Shown: positions 32,253-41,733 of the stretch, piece by piece
How the letters are laid out: each line of letters begins with the position of its first letter
How positions within the stretch are numbered: the first letter of the stretch is position 1
Notes under the pieces: model-generated
What the model saw: only the letters and a program-made list of their open reading frames with translations
The model's database searches: none
Told to the model about the DNA's origin: nothing
Made by a program: the position numbers and the translations under genes
Source of the DNA: Alphaproteobacteria bacterium
GTDB lineage: Bacteria; Pseudomonadota; Alphaproteobacteria; MPNO01
Direction: 5' to 3'
Length of the DNA: 64,000 bases
Assembly: GCA_965248835.1 (NCBI GenBank)
Contig: CBDFLJ010000001.1
Coordinates: forward strand, 896,001-960,000

Positions 32253-33194
32253 ATGAGCGCTCGGATCAGGATCGGAACGCGGGGCAGCCCGCTCGCGCTC
32301 GCTCAGGCCGATGAGGTGCGCACCCGCCTGGCCGCCGCCGACCCGGCGCTCCGGGAAGACGGCACGATCGAGATCGTAGTCATCCATACCACGGGCGACC
32401 GCATGACGCAGGGCCCGTTGTCGGCGATCGGCGGCAAGGGCCTGTTCACCAAGGAGGTCGAAGAGGCGCTGATCGACCGCCGTATCGACGTCGCGGTGCA
32501 TTCGATGAAGGATGTCGCGACGCTCATGCCCGGCGGTCTGTTGATCGCAGCCCTGCTGCCGCGCGAGGATCCGCGCGATGCCTTCCTCACCGCCGACCCC
32601 GGCGGCGGCCCCGCCGGCCCCGCTGCCCTGCCGGTCGGTGCGGTCGTCGGCACCGCCTCGCTCCGCCGCGCAGCACTGCTGCGCAACAGGCGGCCCGACC
32701 TGCAGGTGGTGCCGTTTCGCGGCAACGTCAACACACGGCTGCGCAAGCTCGCCGCGGGCGAGGTCGCAGCGACCCTGCTGGCGGTTGCCGGGCTCAAGCG
32801 GCTGGGTCTGGCGGGCAAGGCCCGATCGGTGCTGTCGAGCGAGGAGATGCTGCCCGCCGTCTGCCAGGGCATCATCGGGCTGCAGTGCCGCGAAGACGAC
32901 GCGGCTGTCCGCAACCGGCTGGCCGGCGTGAACGATCCCCAGAGCACGCTCGCTGCGACGGCCGAGCGCACGCTGCTCGCCGGGCTGGACGGCTCGTGCC
33001 GGACGCCGATCGCCGCCCTGGCCGAATCGGCGGCGGGCGCGCTGTCCTTGCGCGCGCTGATCGTGCGGCCGGACGGCACCGGGCTGGTGAGCGCCGCGCG
33101 CAGCGGCTGCCCGGACGACGCCGCGGCGATGGGACGCGACGCCGCCGAAGAGTTGCGCGCCCGCGCCGGGCCCGAATATTTTTCGTCTTTGTGA
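32253..33194 (+). CDS. hemC: Hydroxymethylbilane synthase
   Basis: RIGTRGSPLA..QA, GGKGLFTKE, AVHSMKD, REDPRD, GT.SLRR, RGNV.TRL.KL, GSCRTPI. Confidence 0.97.
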   Translation: MSARIRIGTRGSPLALAQADEVRTRLAAADPALREDGTIEIVVIHTTGDRMTQGPLSAIGGKGLFTKEVEEALIDRRIDVAVHSMKDVATLMPGGLLIAALLPREDPRDAFLTADPGGGPAGPAALPVGAVVGTASLRRAALLRNRRPDLQVVPFRGNVNTRLRKLAAGEVAATLLAVAGLKRLGLAGKARSVLSSEEMLPAVCQGIIGLQCREDDAAVRNRLAGVNDPQSTLAATAERTLLAGLDGSCRTPIAALAESAAGALSLRALIVRPDGTGLVSAARSGCPDDAAAMGRDAAEELRARAGPEYFSSL

Positions 33195-33949
33195 CAGCCG
33201 AACCGGTTCGCGCGCTGGTCACCCGCCCGGCCGAGGACGCGGGACCGCTGTGCCGGCGCTTGAGAGCGCTGGGCATCGCGCCGGTCGCAGAGCCGCTGCT
33301 CGCGATCGAGCCGGACGGCGGCCGCTCCCTCGACCTCGCCGGCGCGCAGGCCGTGCTGGTGACCAGCCGCAACGGAGCCAGGGCGCTCGCCGCGGCAACC
33401 CCGGCCCGCGATGTCGCGGTGCTGGCGGTGGGCGACGCCACCGCCGATACGGCCCGTGCGGCCGGGTTCACCAATGTCTTGAGCGCGGGTGGGGCGAGCG
33501 GCGACCTCGAAAGGCTTGTCGGCGCACGACTCGATCCGGATGGCGGCCGGCTGGTTCATGCTGCCGGCGAGACGGCGGCCGGCGATCTCGCTGCCGCGCT
33601 GTCGGCAAAAGGCTTCACTGTCGACCGAGAGGTGTTGTACAAGGCGGTGCCCGCAACGGCGTTGACGGCTACCACCGCAGCGCTGATCTCGGAGGCGCGC
33701 CTGGCGATGGCGCTGTTCTTCTCGCCCCGCACCGCGGCGATCTTCGCCGCGCTCGCACGCGCGGACGGCCTCGAGGCGGCCTGCGCAGCGGTCCTGGCCG
33801 TGTTCATCTCTCCCGCAGCCTCGCACGAGGCGCGTGCGCTGCCCTGGCGCGGAGCGTGGTGTGCGGCAAGCCCGGACATGGCGGGCTTCATCGAGGCCGT
33901 CGCCGCGGCCCGACGAGCGATTGGCCCAACCCGGGACGAGAATGGCTGA
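33191..33949 (+). CDS. hemD: Uroporphyrinogen-III synthase
   Basis: GTG overlapping the hemC stop. LVTRP, TS.NG, AVG.ATA..AR..GF, FFSPRTA, IS. Confidence 0.9.
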   Translation: MTAEPVRALVTRPAEDAGPLCRRLRALGIAPVAEPLLAIEPDGGRSLDLAGAQAVLVTSRNGARALAAATPARDVAVLAVGDATADTARAAGFTNVLSAGGASGDLERLVGARLDPDGGRLVHAAGETAAGDLAAALSAKGFTVDREVLYKAVPATALTATTAALISEARLAMALFFSPRTAAIFAALARADGLEAACAAVLAVFISPAASHEARALPWRGAWCAASPDMAGFIEAVAAARRAIGPTRDENG

Positions 33950-35315
33950 CATGTCCGATCCCAAAGACCCTGGCGAAGACCCCATCGCGGACGGCGGCAC
34001 CTCCGCTCCGATCGACGAGGAGGCGCCGCAGCCCTGGGGCGCCGGCGCACGCCCGCCGCGCAACAGGCGAACCCGGCTGTGGGCGGCGGCTGCGGCGGTC
34101 GTCGCGGTCGTCGTGGTTGCGGTGGGCGTGACCGCTTGGTTGGCGCTCGAAGGATCGCTGCCGCGCGGGCCCGATCCGGCGCTCCTCGCTCTTGACGGGC
34201 GCATCGACCGGCTGGCGGCCGAGGTCGCACGGCTCGATGCAGCCCGGCCTGCCGCCCGATCCGGCGAGGACGAGGCGGCACTGGCGACGATCCAGGCCAC
34301 GGTCTCCCGGCTTACCGCGCGCCTCGGGGCGCTGGAAGCCAGCCCCGTGCCCGGCAGCGCAGCAGCGGCACCACCGGACGGCCGAATCGCGGCGCTAACC
34401 GAAAGGCTCGCTGCGCTCGAGCGAGCCGGTGCTTGGCCGAGCCTTCTGGCCGAACGCCTGGAAAAGCTCGAACGCCGGGTGGCGTCCGAGACGGGTTCCG
34501 CGGCGGACGACCGCAGCGACGCTGCGCTTGCCCGGGTCTCGGCGGAGAACCAACGCCTGGCCGCGGCGCTGGAGCGCATGTCGGGACAGATCGCCGGCCT
34601 CGAGGCCCGGCGCGCCGAGGCGGCCGAGGCGGCGGCGGCGCGCCAGGGCCTCGACCGCGACCTGCGGACCGTCGCCGGTCGGCTCGCGCGGTTGGAGGCC
34701 AAGGCGGCCCGGCTGGCCGATGCCGCGTTCACCCGCAAGGGCGATGCGCTGCTGCTTGCGATCGGCCAGCTACGCGATGCGATGGCCAGCGACCGGCCGT
34801 TCACGGGCGAGCTCGGCGCGGTGCTGCGGATCGCCGGCGCGCACAGCTTCGTCACGGAGGTGACGGCGCCGATCGGACCGCTGGCGGCCCGCGGCATCGC
34901 GACCCAGGCGCAGCTCGTCGCCCGCTTCCCCCGCCTCGCCGCCATGGCGGCCCAGGCGGCGATCGCGCCGGAGGACGGCGGCTGGATCAGCCGCGCCGTC
35001 GCCCGGCTCGCCCAGGTGGTCACCGTCAGGCGCGTCGGCGCGGATGTGAGCGGCGAGACCGCCATGGCGGCCCTTGCCCGCGCCGAGGCGAAGCTCGCAT
35101 CCGGCGATCTCGCCGGCGCCGAGGCCGCGCTCGATCCCCTCGCCGGCAAGCCGGCGGAGGTGCTGGCCGACTGGCGCGCCGCCGCTGCAGCCCGGACCGC
35201 CGCCCGGGCCGCGATCGCCCGGCTCAGCAGCGAGACCATCGCGCGGCTGTCCCGCGCGGCCGGTGCGGACGCCGATGGCGGCACCGACCGGGCGGCCAAC
35301 GGTGCCGCCCGATGA
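33942..35315 (+). CDS. Mitofilin/Mic60-like membrane-anchored coiled-coil protein (COG4223-like)
   Basis: One N-terminal TM, a long Ala/Arg/Glu coiled coil, and a C-terminal L..A...RPF..EL / G..T...L..RF / V.VRR / L.RAE..L..GDL..A / W...A..R pattern. Typical position between hemD and the hemY-like gene. Confidence 0.8.
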   Translation: MADMSDPKDPGEDPIADGGTSAPIDEEAPQPWGAGARPPRNRRTRLWAAAAAVVAVVVVAVGVTAWLALEGSLPRGPDPALLALDGRIDRLAAEVARLDAARPAARSGEDEAALATIQATVSRLTARLGALEASPVPGSAAAAPPDGRIAALTERLAALERAGAWPSLLAERLEKLERRVASETGSAADDRSDAALARVSAENQRLAAALERMSGQIAGLEARRAEAAEAAAARQGLDRDLRTVAGRLARLEAKAARLADAAFTRKGDALLLAIGQLRDAMASDRPFTGELGAVLRIAGAHSFVTEVTAPIGPLAARGIATQAQLVARFPRLAAMAAQAAIAPEDGGWISRAVARLAQVVTVRRVGADVSGETAMAALARAEAKLASGDLAGAEAALDPLAGKPAEVLADWRAAAAARTAARAAIARLSSETIARLSRAAGADADGGTDRAANGAAR

Positions 35316-36778
35316 TGCGGCGGCTGATCGGCTGGATCATCGGGATCGGCCTGCTGGTCGGGCTCGCGGTGTGGCTTGCCGATCATCCGGGCACGGCGCG
35401 GCTGGAATGGCGGAGCTGGCGGGTCGACACCAGCGTCGCGATCCTGCTCGGCGGAATTGCGGCGGTGGCGCTTGCGACCGCAATCGTCTACCGCGGCCTG
35501 GCGGCGGCCGCGCGCATCCCGCGGCGTATCCTGGTCTTCCGCCGGAGCGCGCGGCGCGAAAAGGGCTATCGCGCGCTGACCCGGGGCCTGGTCGCGGTGG
35601 CCGCGGGCGACGTGGCCGAGGCCGAGCGCCAAGCCCGCCGCGCAAACGACCTCCTGGACGACCCGCCGCTGACGATGCTCCTGAGCGCGCAGGCCGCTCA
35701 GCTCGCCGGTGATGATGTGGCCGCCCGGCAGTATTTCTCCGGCATGCTGGAAAAGCCCGAGACCGCTTTTCTGGCGCTCCGCGGCCTTCTCTTGCAGGCC
35801 CAGCGCGAGGATGACGACGACGCGGCGCTCGACTATGCCCGGCGCGCCTTCGCGCTCCGGCCGAAGACTCCCTGGGTGGTGACCACGCTGTTCGACCTCC
35901 AGGTCGACCGTGGGCTGTGGCACGAGGCGCTGAGCACGGTGGAGACCGGTCTGAAGAACGGGGTCTTCACCGGCGAGGACGGCAAGCGGCGCCGGGTGGT
36001 CACGCTCCTGGCCTGCTCGGCGGCTTCGGGCGATGACGGCGAGACCCGGCGCGCGCTCGATTTCGCCAGGCGGGCGCACGGGCTCGCGCCCGAGTTCCTG
36101 CCGGCGACCCTGCGCTATGCCGGGCTGCAGATCGGCGGCGGCCACCGCCGTTCCGCCGCCAAGCTGATCGAAGGCGCCTGGTCGACCCGCCCGCATCCCG
36201 AGCTCGCCCGGCTCTACCTGTCCATCGGCTCGAGCGAGGATGCGCTCGCCCGGATGCGCCGGATCGAGCGGCTGGTCTCCCACAACCCGAGCCACCCCGA
36301 GAGCCACCTCGCGCTCGCCGCCGCTGCAATCGAGGCATCGATCTGGGGCAGCGCGCGCGGCCATCTGGAGGCGGCCGATTCCGCCGACGGGCGCGACGCG
36401 CGGCTCTGCCGGCTGCGCGCGGATGTCGAGGAGGCCGAGCACGGCGAGGTCGATGCCGTCCGCCACTGGCTGCTCGCCGCCGCCGAAGCGCCGCCCGAGC
36501 CGGCCTGGGTGTGTGGGGACTGCGGCGCTGCCTGGCGTCACTGGAGCCCGGTCTGCGGTCATTGCGAGGCTTTCGCCACGCTGGTCTGGTCGGCCCCCCG
36601 GCGCGTCCGCGAGCTCCTCGGTCCCACGGCGGCGGCGCCGGATCCCGTTACGGCACCGGAGCATGCGGACGATCCCGCCCCGCCCGTCGAGCCGGCGCCC
36701 GTGGCCGATCCGGGCCCCGGGGACATCCGCTTCACCGAATCGCGCCCCGACAGCCGCCCGTCGGAGCCCCGCCCCTGA
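35312..36778 (+). CDS. HemY_N-domain/TPR membrane protein with a C-terminal CxxC...CxxC motif
   Basis: Two N-terminal TMs, WLAD.PG, GY.ALT.GL.AVAAGD, LL.AQAAQL.GD, W...PHP.L, WVCGDCG...PVCGHC. Confidence 0.85.
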   Translation: MMRRLIGWIIGIGLLVGLAVWLADHPGTARLEWRSWRVDTSVAILLGGIAAVALATAIVYRGLAAAARIPRRILVFRRSARREKGYRALTRGLVAVAAGDVAEAERQARRANDLLDDPPLTMLLSAQAAQLAGDDVAARQYFSGMLEKPETAFLALRGLLLQAQREDDDDAALDYARRAFALRPKTPWVVTTLFDLQVDRGLWHEALSTVETGLKNGVFTGEDGKRRRVVTLLACSAASGDDGETRRALDFARRAHGLAPEFLPATLRYAGLQIGGGHRRSAAKLIEGAWSTRPHPELARLYLSIGSSEDALARMRRIERLVSHNPSHPESHLALAAAAIEASIWGSARGHLEAADSADGRDARLCRLRADVEEAEHGEVDAVRHWLLAAAEAPPEPAWVCGDCGAAWRHWSPVCGHCEAFATLVWSAPRRVRELLGPTAAAPDPVTAPEHADDPAPPVEPAPVADPGPGDIRFTESRPDSRPSEPRP

Positions 36779-36845
36779 CCCCGCCCGAGGGCGTACCGGA
36801 TAGGTATGGAACGGGAACCGGTTTTGCGTATAGTACCGCCCCGCT

Positions 36846-36921
36846 GCCGCCTTAGCTCAGCTGGTAGAGCATCGCATTCGTAATGCGGGGGTCGTAGGTT
36901 CGAGTCCTACAGGCGGCACCA
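36846..36921 (+). tRNA. tRNA-Thr(CGT)
   Basis: GCCGCCT/AGGCGGC acceptor, TAGCTCAGCTGGTAGAGC D-arm, anticodon TT-CGT-AA, GGTTCGAGTCC, ACCA end. 76 nt. Confidence 0.97.
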
Positions 36922-36964
36922 TAGTCCGCGTTGTCCGACCCGGAGACATAGGTAACGGAACGCC

Positions 36965-37930
36965 TCAGCCTGGGTTGCGGATCAGCGTGCCGGCGCCGGA
37001 CTGGGTGAAGGCTTCCAGCAGGATCGCGTGCGGCATGCGCCCATCGAGGATGACCGCGGCCTCGACCGCGTTCTCGACCGCGTGCATGCAGGTCTCGAGC
37101 TTGGGGATCATGCCGCCGGTCACCACGCCCTTCCTGACGTACTGGCGGGCCTGGCGGACCGTCATCTCGCTGATCAGCGAGCCTTCCTCGTCGAGCACGC
37201 CGGCGACGTCGGTCAGCATCAGCAGCCGGGCCGCGCCCATCTCGGCGGCGATCGCCCCGGCCACGGTATCGGCGTTGATGTTGTAGGTCGTGCCGTCCGC
37301 GCCGACTCCGATCGGGGCGACGACCGGGATGATCGCCGAGCGCTCGAGCGTGCGCAGGACTTCCGCGTTGACCGCCTGGGGCTCGCCGACGAAGCCGAGA
37401 TCGAGCACCTTTTCGATGTTGGAGTCCGAGGTGCGCCGCTTCCGGCGCAGCTTGCGCGCCTGGATGAGGTTGCCGTCCTTGCCCGACAGCCCCACCGCGG
37501 TGCCGCCGGCGGCATTTATCGCGGTCACGATCTGCTTGTTGATCGAGCCGCTCAGGACCATCTCGACGATCTCGACGGTCGACCGGTCGGTCACCCGGAG
37601 CCCGTCGACGAACGAGCTCTGGATCCTCAGCCGGTCGAGCATCTGGCCGATCTGCGGACCGCCGCCATGGACGACCACCGGGTTGATGCCCACCCGCTTG
37701 AGCAGCACGACGTCGCGGGCGAAACCCGCGGCAAGGGCCGCATCGCCCATCGCGTGGCCGCCATACTTGATCACGAAGGTCTGCCCGGCGTGCAGCCGCA
37801 GGAAGGGCAGCGCCTCGGAGAGTGTCGCCGCCTTGTCCAGCGAGCGCTCCAGATCGGTCGGCCCGGCCGGCTTGCGCGCCGCCTTGCCGCGCGGTTTCGA
37901 CGGTGCGGTGGATCTACGCCCGGTCGCCAT
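36965..37930 (-). CDS. argB: Acetylglutamate kinase
   Basis: [43 protein letters not shown]. Confidence 0.97.
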   Translation of the reverse strand: MATGRRSTAPSKPRGKAARKPAGPTDLERSLDKAATLSEALPFLRLHAGQTFVIKYGGHAMGDAALAAGFARDVVLLKRVGINPVVVHGGGPQIGQMLDRLRIQSSFVDGLRVTDRSTVEIVEMVLSGSINKQIVTAINAAGGTAVGLSGKDGNLIQARKLRRKRRTSDSNIEKVLDLGFVGEPQAVNAEVLRTLERSAIIPVVAPIGVGADGTTYNINADTVAGAIAAEMGAARLLMLTDVAGVLDEEGSLISEMTVRQARQYVRKGVVTGGMIPKLETCMHAVENAVEAAVILDGRMPHAILLEAFTQSGAGTLIRNPG

Positions 37931-37941
37931 GGCGGCGCACT

Positions 37942-38601
37942 CTATCCCACCCTGCCCGGCCGCGCCAAGGCCGCGAGGTCGGCCCGCAAGGCTTCGATTC
38001 CGTGGCCGGTCCGGGCGCTGGTCACCGCCAGGCTCGGGTACGCCGCGACGTGTTGGGAAAGCTCGGCCGCGACCCCGCGGGTCGCGGACTCGAGCATCGC
38101 AGCGGAGGTCTTGTCGGCCTTGGTCAGCACGCCTTGGAACGACACCGCGGCCTCGTCCAGCATCATCATCAGCGCCCTGTCGGCCTCACGCACGCCGTGG
38201 CGGGCGTCGATCAGCAGGCAAAGCCGGGCCAGGTCCGCCCGGCCGCGCAGATACGCGCGTACCAGCGCAGTCCAATCGCGGATCAGCGCCTTGGAGGCCC
38301 GCGCATAGCCGTAGCCCGGCAGATCGACCAGCATCAGACGCTGCTCCAGCGCGAAGAAGTTGAGCTGGCGCGTGCGCCCCGGGGTATGCGACGTGCGCGC
38401 GAGTGTCTTGCGCCCGGTGAGCGCGTTGACCAGCGATGACTTGCCGACGTTCGAGCGGCCGGCGAAGGCGATCTCGGGCAGGCGCGGCGCGGGCAAGGCG
38501 CCCAGATCGGGCGCGCCCGCAACGAACTCACATCGTCCGGCGAACAGCACCCGGCCGCGCTCGATCGCGGCTCCGGCTTCGGCCTGGCTGGTGTGGTCCA
38601 C
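37942..38601 (-). CDS. engB: Ribosome biogenesis GTP-binding protein YihA/EngB
   Basis: [34 protein letters not shown]. Confidence 0.95.
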   Translation of the reverse strand: MDHTSQAEAGAAIERGRVLFAGRCEFVAGAPDLGALPAPRLPEIAFAGRSNVGKSSLVNALTGRKTLARTSHTPGRTRQLNFFALEQRLMLVDLPGYGYARASKALIRDWTALVRAYLRGRADLARLCLLIDARHGVREADRALMMMLDEAAVSFQGVLTKADKTSAAMLESATRGVAAELSQHVAAYPSLAVTSARTGHGIEALRADLAALARPGRVG

Positions 38602-38616
38602 CGCGCGGATCCCGAC

Positions 38617-40662
38617 TCACGAGCGGTTCCGGCCCGGACGCTTGCGCCGGTTGGCGCCGGACCGCCGCCCGCCCGCCGCGGCGGGCTTGGCGTCGCCCGG
38701 CATCGGTTTGGTGCCGGCGGCCTTGGCGCGGCTCGCCTTGCTGCCGCCGGAACCGGCTGCGCTCGCGGCGCTCTTGGCCGTACTCTTGGCCGTGCTCTTG
38801 GGCGTGCCCTTGGCGGATGACTTCGACCGGCCGCCGCCGCTGCCGCCCGTGACCGTCGCCATGCTCAAGGGCGCCGTCGTCTGGCCGGAGACGGTCACGC
38901 CCATCCGGCGCATGATCAGCCACTGCTGGCCGATCGACAGCAGGTTGTTCCACGCCCAATAGATCACCAGCCCGGCCGGGAACTGGCCCAGCATGAAGGT
39001 GAACACGATCGGCAGCATCAAGAAGATCTTGGCCTGGGTGGGATCGGCAGGCTGCGGGTTGAGCTTCTGCTGCAGGTACATCGTCCCGCCCATGATCAGC
39101 GGCCAAATGCCGATATTGGCGATCTGCAGCATCTGCGGGACCGACCAGTCGACCAGCCCGAACGCGGTCAGGATGCCCAACGGATCGGGCGCCGACAGGT
39201 CGTGGATCCAGAGGTAGAACGGCGCATGCCGCATCTCGATGGACACGAACAGCACCTTGTAGAGCGCGAAGAAGACCGGGATCTGGATCAGGATCGGGAA
39301 GCAGCCGCTGATCGGGTTGGCGTTCTCCTTCTTGTAGAGCGCCATCATCTCCTGGTTCTGGCGCACCCGGTCGTCCTTGAACCGGTCGCGGATCTCCATC
39401 ATCTTGGGCTGCAGCCTCTTCAGCCGGCTCATCGAGCGGTAGGACTTGTTGGCGAGCGGGAAAAAGGCGATCTTGATCAGGACCGTCAGCAGCAGGATCG
39501 CCAGGCCGAAATTGCCGATCTGGCGGTTGAAGTATTCGATCACGTAGAAGATCGGCTTGGTCAGGAAATAGAACCAGCCGAAATCGACCGCGAGGTCGAA
39601 GCGGGCGATGCCGAGCTTCTCCTCGTAGGCGTCGAGCAGGCGGACCTCCTTGGCGCCGGCGAACAGCCGATGGATGACCTGCGCCGACCCGCCGGGTCCG
39701 ATCGTGAGCCGATCGCCCAGCGTGTCGACCTGATACTTGTCGATCTTGCCCTCGAGCGTGTGGTTGAACCGGCTGGCGATATTGGCCTTCTGGTCGGGCA
39801 CCAGCGCGGCGAGCCAATACTTGTCGGTGATACCGATCCAGCCGCCGCGGCTTGTCTGGTCGATCGTGCCCTCGTCCTGGAGGTCGTCGTAGTCGACTTC
39901 CTTCAGGGTGTCAGAGAAGACCCCCAACAGGCCCTCGTGCAGAATCCAGAAGCCCAGCGTGTCGGGCGTCCCGGTCCGCGAAATCAGCCCGTACGGTCTG
40001 AGATCGACCGGCGCGGCACCGCGGTTGATGACCCGCTGGGTGATGGTGAACATGTAGTTGGCATCGAGCGCGATCTCCTGGCTGAACACCAGCCCCGCGC
40101 CGTTGTCCCAGCGCAGCACCAGCTGCCGGTCGGGGGACAGCACCAACCCGTCGGCCTGCCAGATGGTATCGAGCGACGGCGCGGCGACGGCGCTGGAGAC
40201 CGGCACCCAGCCGAACTGCGCGAAATACGGGTTCTCGTCGCCGGGAGGCGAGAACAGGGTGATCTGCGTGCTGTCGGCTTCCAGGCTCTCGCGATACTGG
40301 GTCAGCAGGAGGTGGTCGATCCGCGCGCCGCGCAGCGAGACCGACCCCTCCAGCCGGTGCGAGCGGATGTCGGCCCGCGGATCGGCCACCGCTCTGTCCG
40401 CCGCCTGGGCAGCGCTGCCGGGCATCGGCGCGCTTCCGCGATCGCCGGGCAGCGACGGCGCGCCTGCACTTGTACCGGGCGGCTTGACGGGCACCGGCGC
40501 TTGCGTCTCGGGCATGACTTCGCCGGCAGCCTCGCGGCGGGCTTTCTCGGCTTGCTGGGCGGCGCGCTCACGCTCCAGCCGCGGCGCCTCGAAGAGGAAC
40601 TGGTAGGCCAGCAGGATGCTGACCGAAAAGACGATCGCGAACAGGAGATTGCGTTGGTCCAT
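38617..40662 (-). CDS. yidC: Membrane protein insertase YidC with a long basic C-terminal tail
   Basis: ATG 40662 MDQRNLL; GWIGITDKYW, DFGWFYFLTKP, GCFPILIQIPVFFALYK, WIHDLSAPD, GLVIYWAWNN. Confidence 0.96.
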   Translation of the reverse strand: MDQRNLLFAIVFSVSILLAYQFLFEAPRLERERAAQQAEKARREAAGEVMPETQAPVPVKPPGTSAGAPSLPGDRGSAPMPGSAAQAADRAVADPRADIRSHRLEGSVSLRGARIDHLLLTQYRESLEADSTQITLFSPPGDENPYFAQFGWVPVSSAVAAPSLDTIWQADGLVLSPDRQLVLRWDNGAGLVFSQEIALDANYMFTITQRVINRGAAPVDLRPYGLISRTGTPDTLGFWILHEGLLGVFSDTLKEVDYDDLQDEGTIDQTSRGGWIGITDKYWLAALVPDQKANIASRFNHTLEGKIDKYQVDTLGDRLTIGPGGSAQVIHRLFAGAKEVRLLDAYEEKLGIARFDLAVDFGWFYFLTKPIFYVIEYFNRQIGNFGLAILLLTVLIKIAFFPLANKSYRSMSRLKRLQPKMMEIRDRFKDDRVRQNQEMMALYKKENANPISGCFPILIQIPVFFALYKVLFVSIEMRHAPFYLWIHDLSAPDPLGILTAFGLVDWSVPQMLQIANIGIWPLIMGGTMYLQQKLNPQPADPTQAKIFLMLPIVFTFMLGQFPAGLVIYWAWNNLLSIGQQWLIMRRMGVTVSGQTTAPLSMATVTGGSGGGRSKSSAKGTPKSTAKSTAKSAASAAGSGGSKASRAKAAGTKPMPGDAKPAAAGGRRSGANRRKRPGRNRS

Positions 40663-40684
40663 TACCGCACCTGCCCGCTCGCGC

Positions 40685-40957
40685 TCATGGCCGCCACCGC
40701 CGGGGCAGGCGCAGCCGTTCGGGAACCGGGTCGTGGCCGCAGCCGCCCCAGGGCTGGCAGCGCAGCACCCGCCAAAGGGCGAGCCCCGCCCCGCCGATCG
40801 GCCCGTGGCGGTCGAGCGCCTGGATGGCATAGTTCGAGCAGCTCGGCTCGAATCGGCAGCTCATCGGCAGAACCGGCGACAGCACAAGCTGATAAGCCCT
40901 CAAGGGTGCCTTCAGAAGGCCGGCCACCACCTTGCCCAACACGCCAATCCCCGTCAT
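40685..40957 (-). CDS. yidD: Membrane protein insertion efficiency factor YidD
   Basis: YQ..LSP...SCRF.PSCS.YA, R..RC.PWGG.G.DPVP. Confidence 0.93.
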   Translation of the reverse strand: MTGIGVLGKVVAGLLKAPLRAYQLVLSPVLPMSCRFEPSCSNYAIQALDRHGPIGGAGLALWRVLRCQPWGGCGHDPVPERLRLPRRWRP

Positions 40958-41346
40958 CGCACCCCGTTCCGGCGCGGCGTTCCATCGGTTGCCTGGCCCC
41001 GGCGCTCGCCGGACTCCTCGATCCGGCGCAGGGCTGTTTCCATATCCCGGACGAGCGCCGCATACGGCCGGGTGACGGTCGCGGCGCGTCCGATCAGCAC
41101 ATAGTCGCGGCCCGGCATGGCCCGCTTCGCCAGCACCTGTTCGGCAACCGCCCGCAGGCGCCTGCGGGCCCGGTTGCGCGCCACCGCCCCGCCGACCTTG
41201 CGCGAGACCGTGAAGCCGACCCTCACCTCGACGCTTCCGCCTTCAGCGGCGCGGCGCACCTGGAGGACCAGGCCCGGCGTGACCGCCTTACGGCCGCCGC
41301 GGGCCACACGGAGAAACTCGCGTCGCTTTTTCAGGCGGTCGAGCAC
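40954..41346 (-). CDS. rnpA: Ribonuclease P protein component
   Basis: RLKKR.EF, RVGFTVSRKVG.AV.RNR.RRRLR. Confidence 0.95.
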   Translation of the reverse strand: MLDRLKKRREFLRVARGGRKAVTPGLVLQVRRAAEGGSVEVRVGFTVSRKVGGAVARNRARRRLRAVAEQVLAKRAMPGRDYVLIGRAATVTRPYAALVRDMETALRRIEESGERRGQATDGTPRRNGVR

Positions 41347-41356
41347 GACACCGCGC

Positions 41357-41491
41357 TCAGGCCGAAAGGCGCTTGCGACCCTTGGCGCGGCGGTTCGACA
41401 GGACCCGGCGGCCGCCTACGGTCGCGCGTCGAGCGCGGTATCCGTGGCGCCGTTTGCGGACCAGGACGCTCGGCTGAAATGTGCGTTTCAA
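41357..41491 (-). CDS. rpmH: 50S ribosomal protein L34
   Basis: TTG start at 41491 gives the 44-aa (M)[20 protein letters not shown]...[16 protein letters not shown]. Confidence 0.95.
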   Translation of the reverse strand: MKRTFQPSVLVRKRRHGYRARRATVGGRRVLSNRRAKGRKRLSA

Positions 41492-41534
41492 GGCGAAACT
41501 CCGGGGCTCGGACGGCGTCCGAAACAAGCCCCGC

Positions 41535-41563
41535 TGTATAGAGAACGCTCCGGTTGGTGTCAA
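41535..41563 (-). promoter_or_regulatory. Sigma70 promoter of the rpmH-rnpA-yidD-yidC operon
   Basis: Minus strand TTGACA(41563-41558)-N17-TATACA(41540-41535). Confidence 0.75.
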
Positions 41564-41733
41564 TGCGGCACACAGCGTCGCCCGACCACGCCCGCGCACT
41601 CTCACGGTTTGTTGACAGAGGATGGATTGGTAAGCTCACACCGATGTGATCAGATGCCGCACAATGGCGTGTATGGCGGCGTGCATGGCGGCGCGCGAGG
41701 CGGCGCGTCCAAGCGCAGGGGAGCGGTGCGACG

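Noticed and set aside
32303-36664. 1453-aa minus-strand ORF and many other long antisense or alternate-frame ORFs (e.g. 8041..10683, 14585..17104, 39202..41541)
   Set aside because: They are shadows of well-supported genes in high-GC DNA, with Arg/Ala/Gly/Pro-rich translations and no family motifs.
41492-41733. Replication origin next to rpmH
   Set aside because: No dnaA, no DnaA-box cluster and no AT-rich unwinding element are visible.
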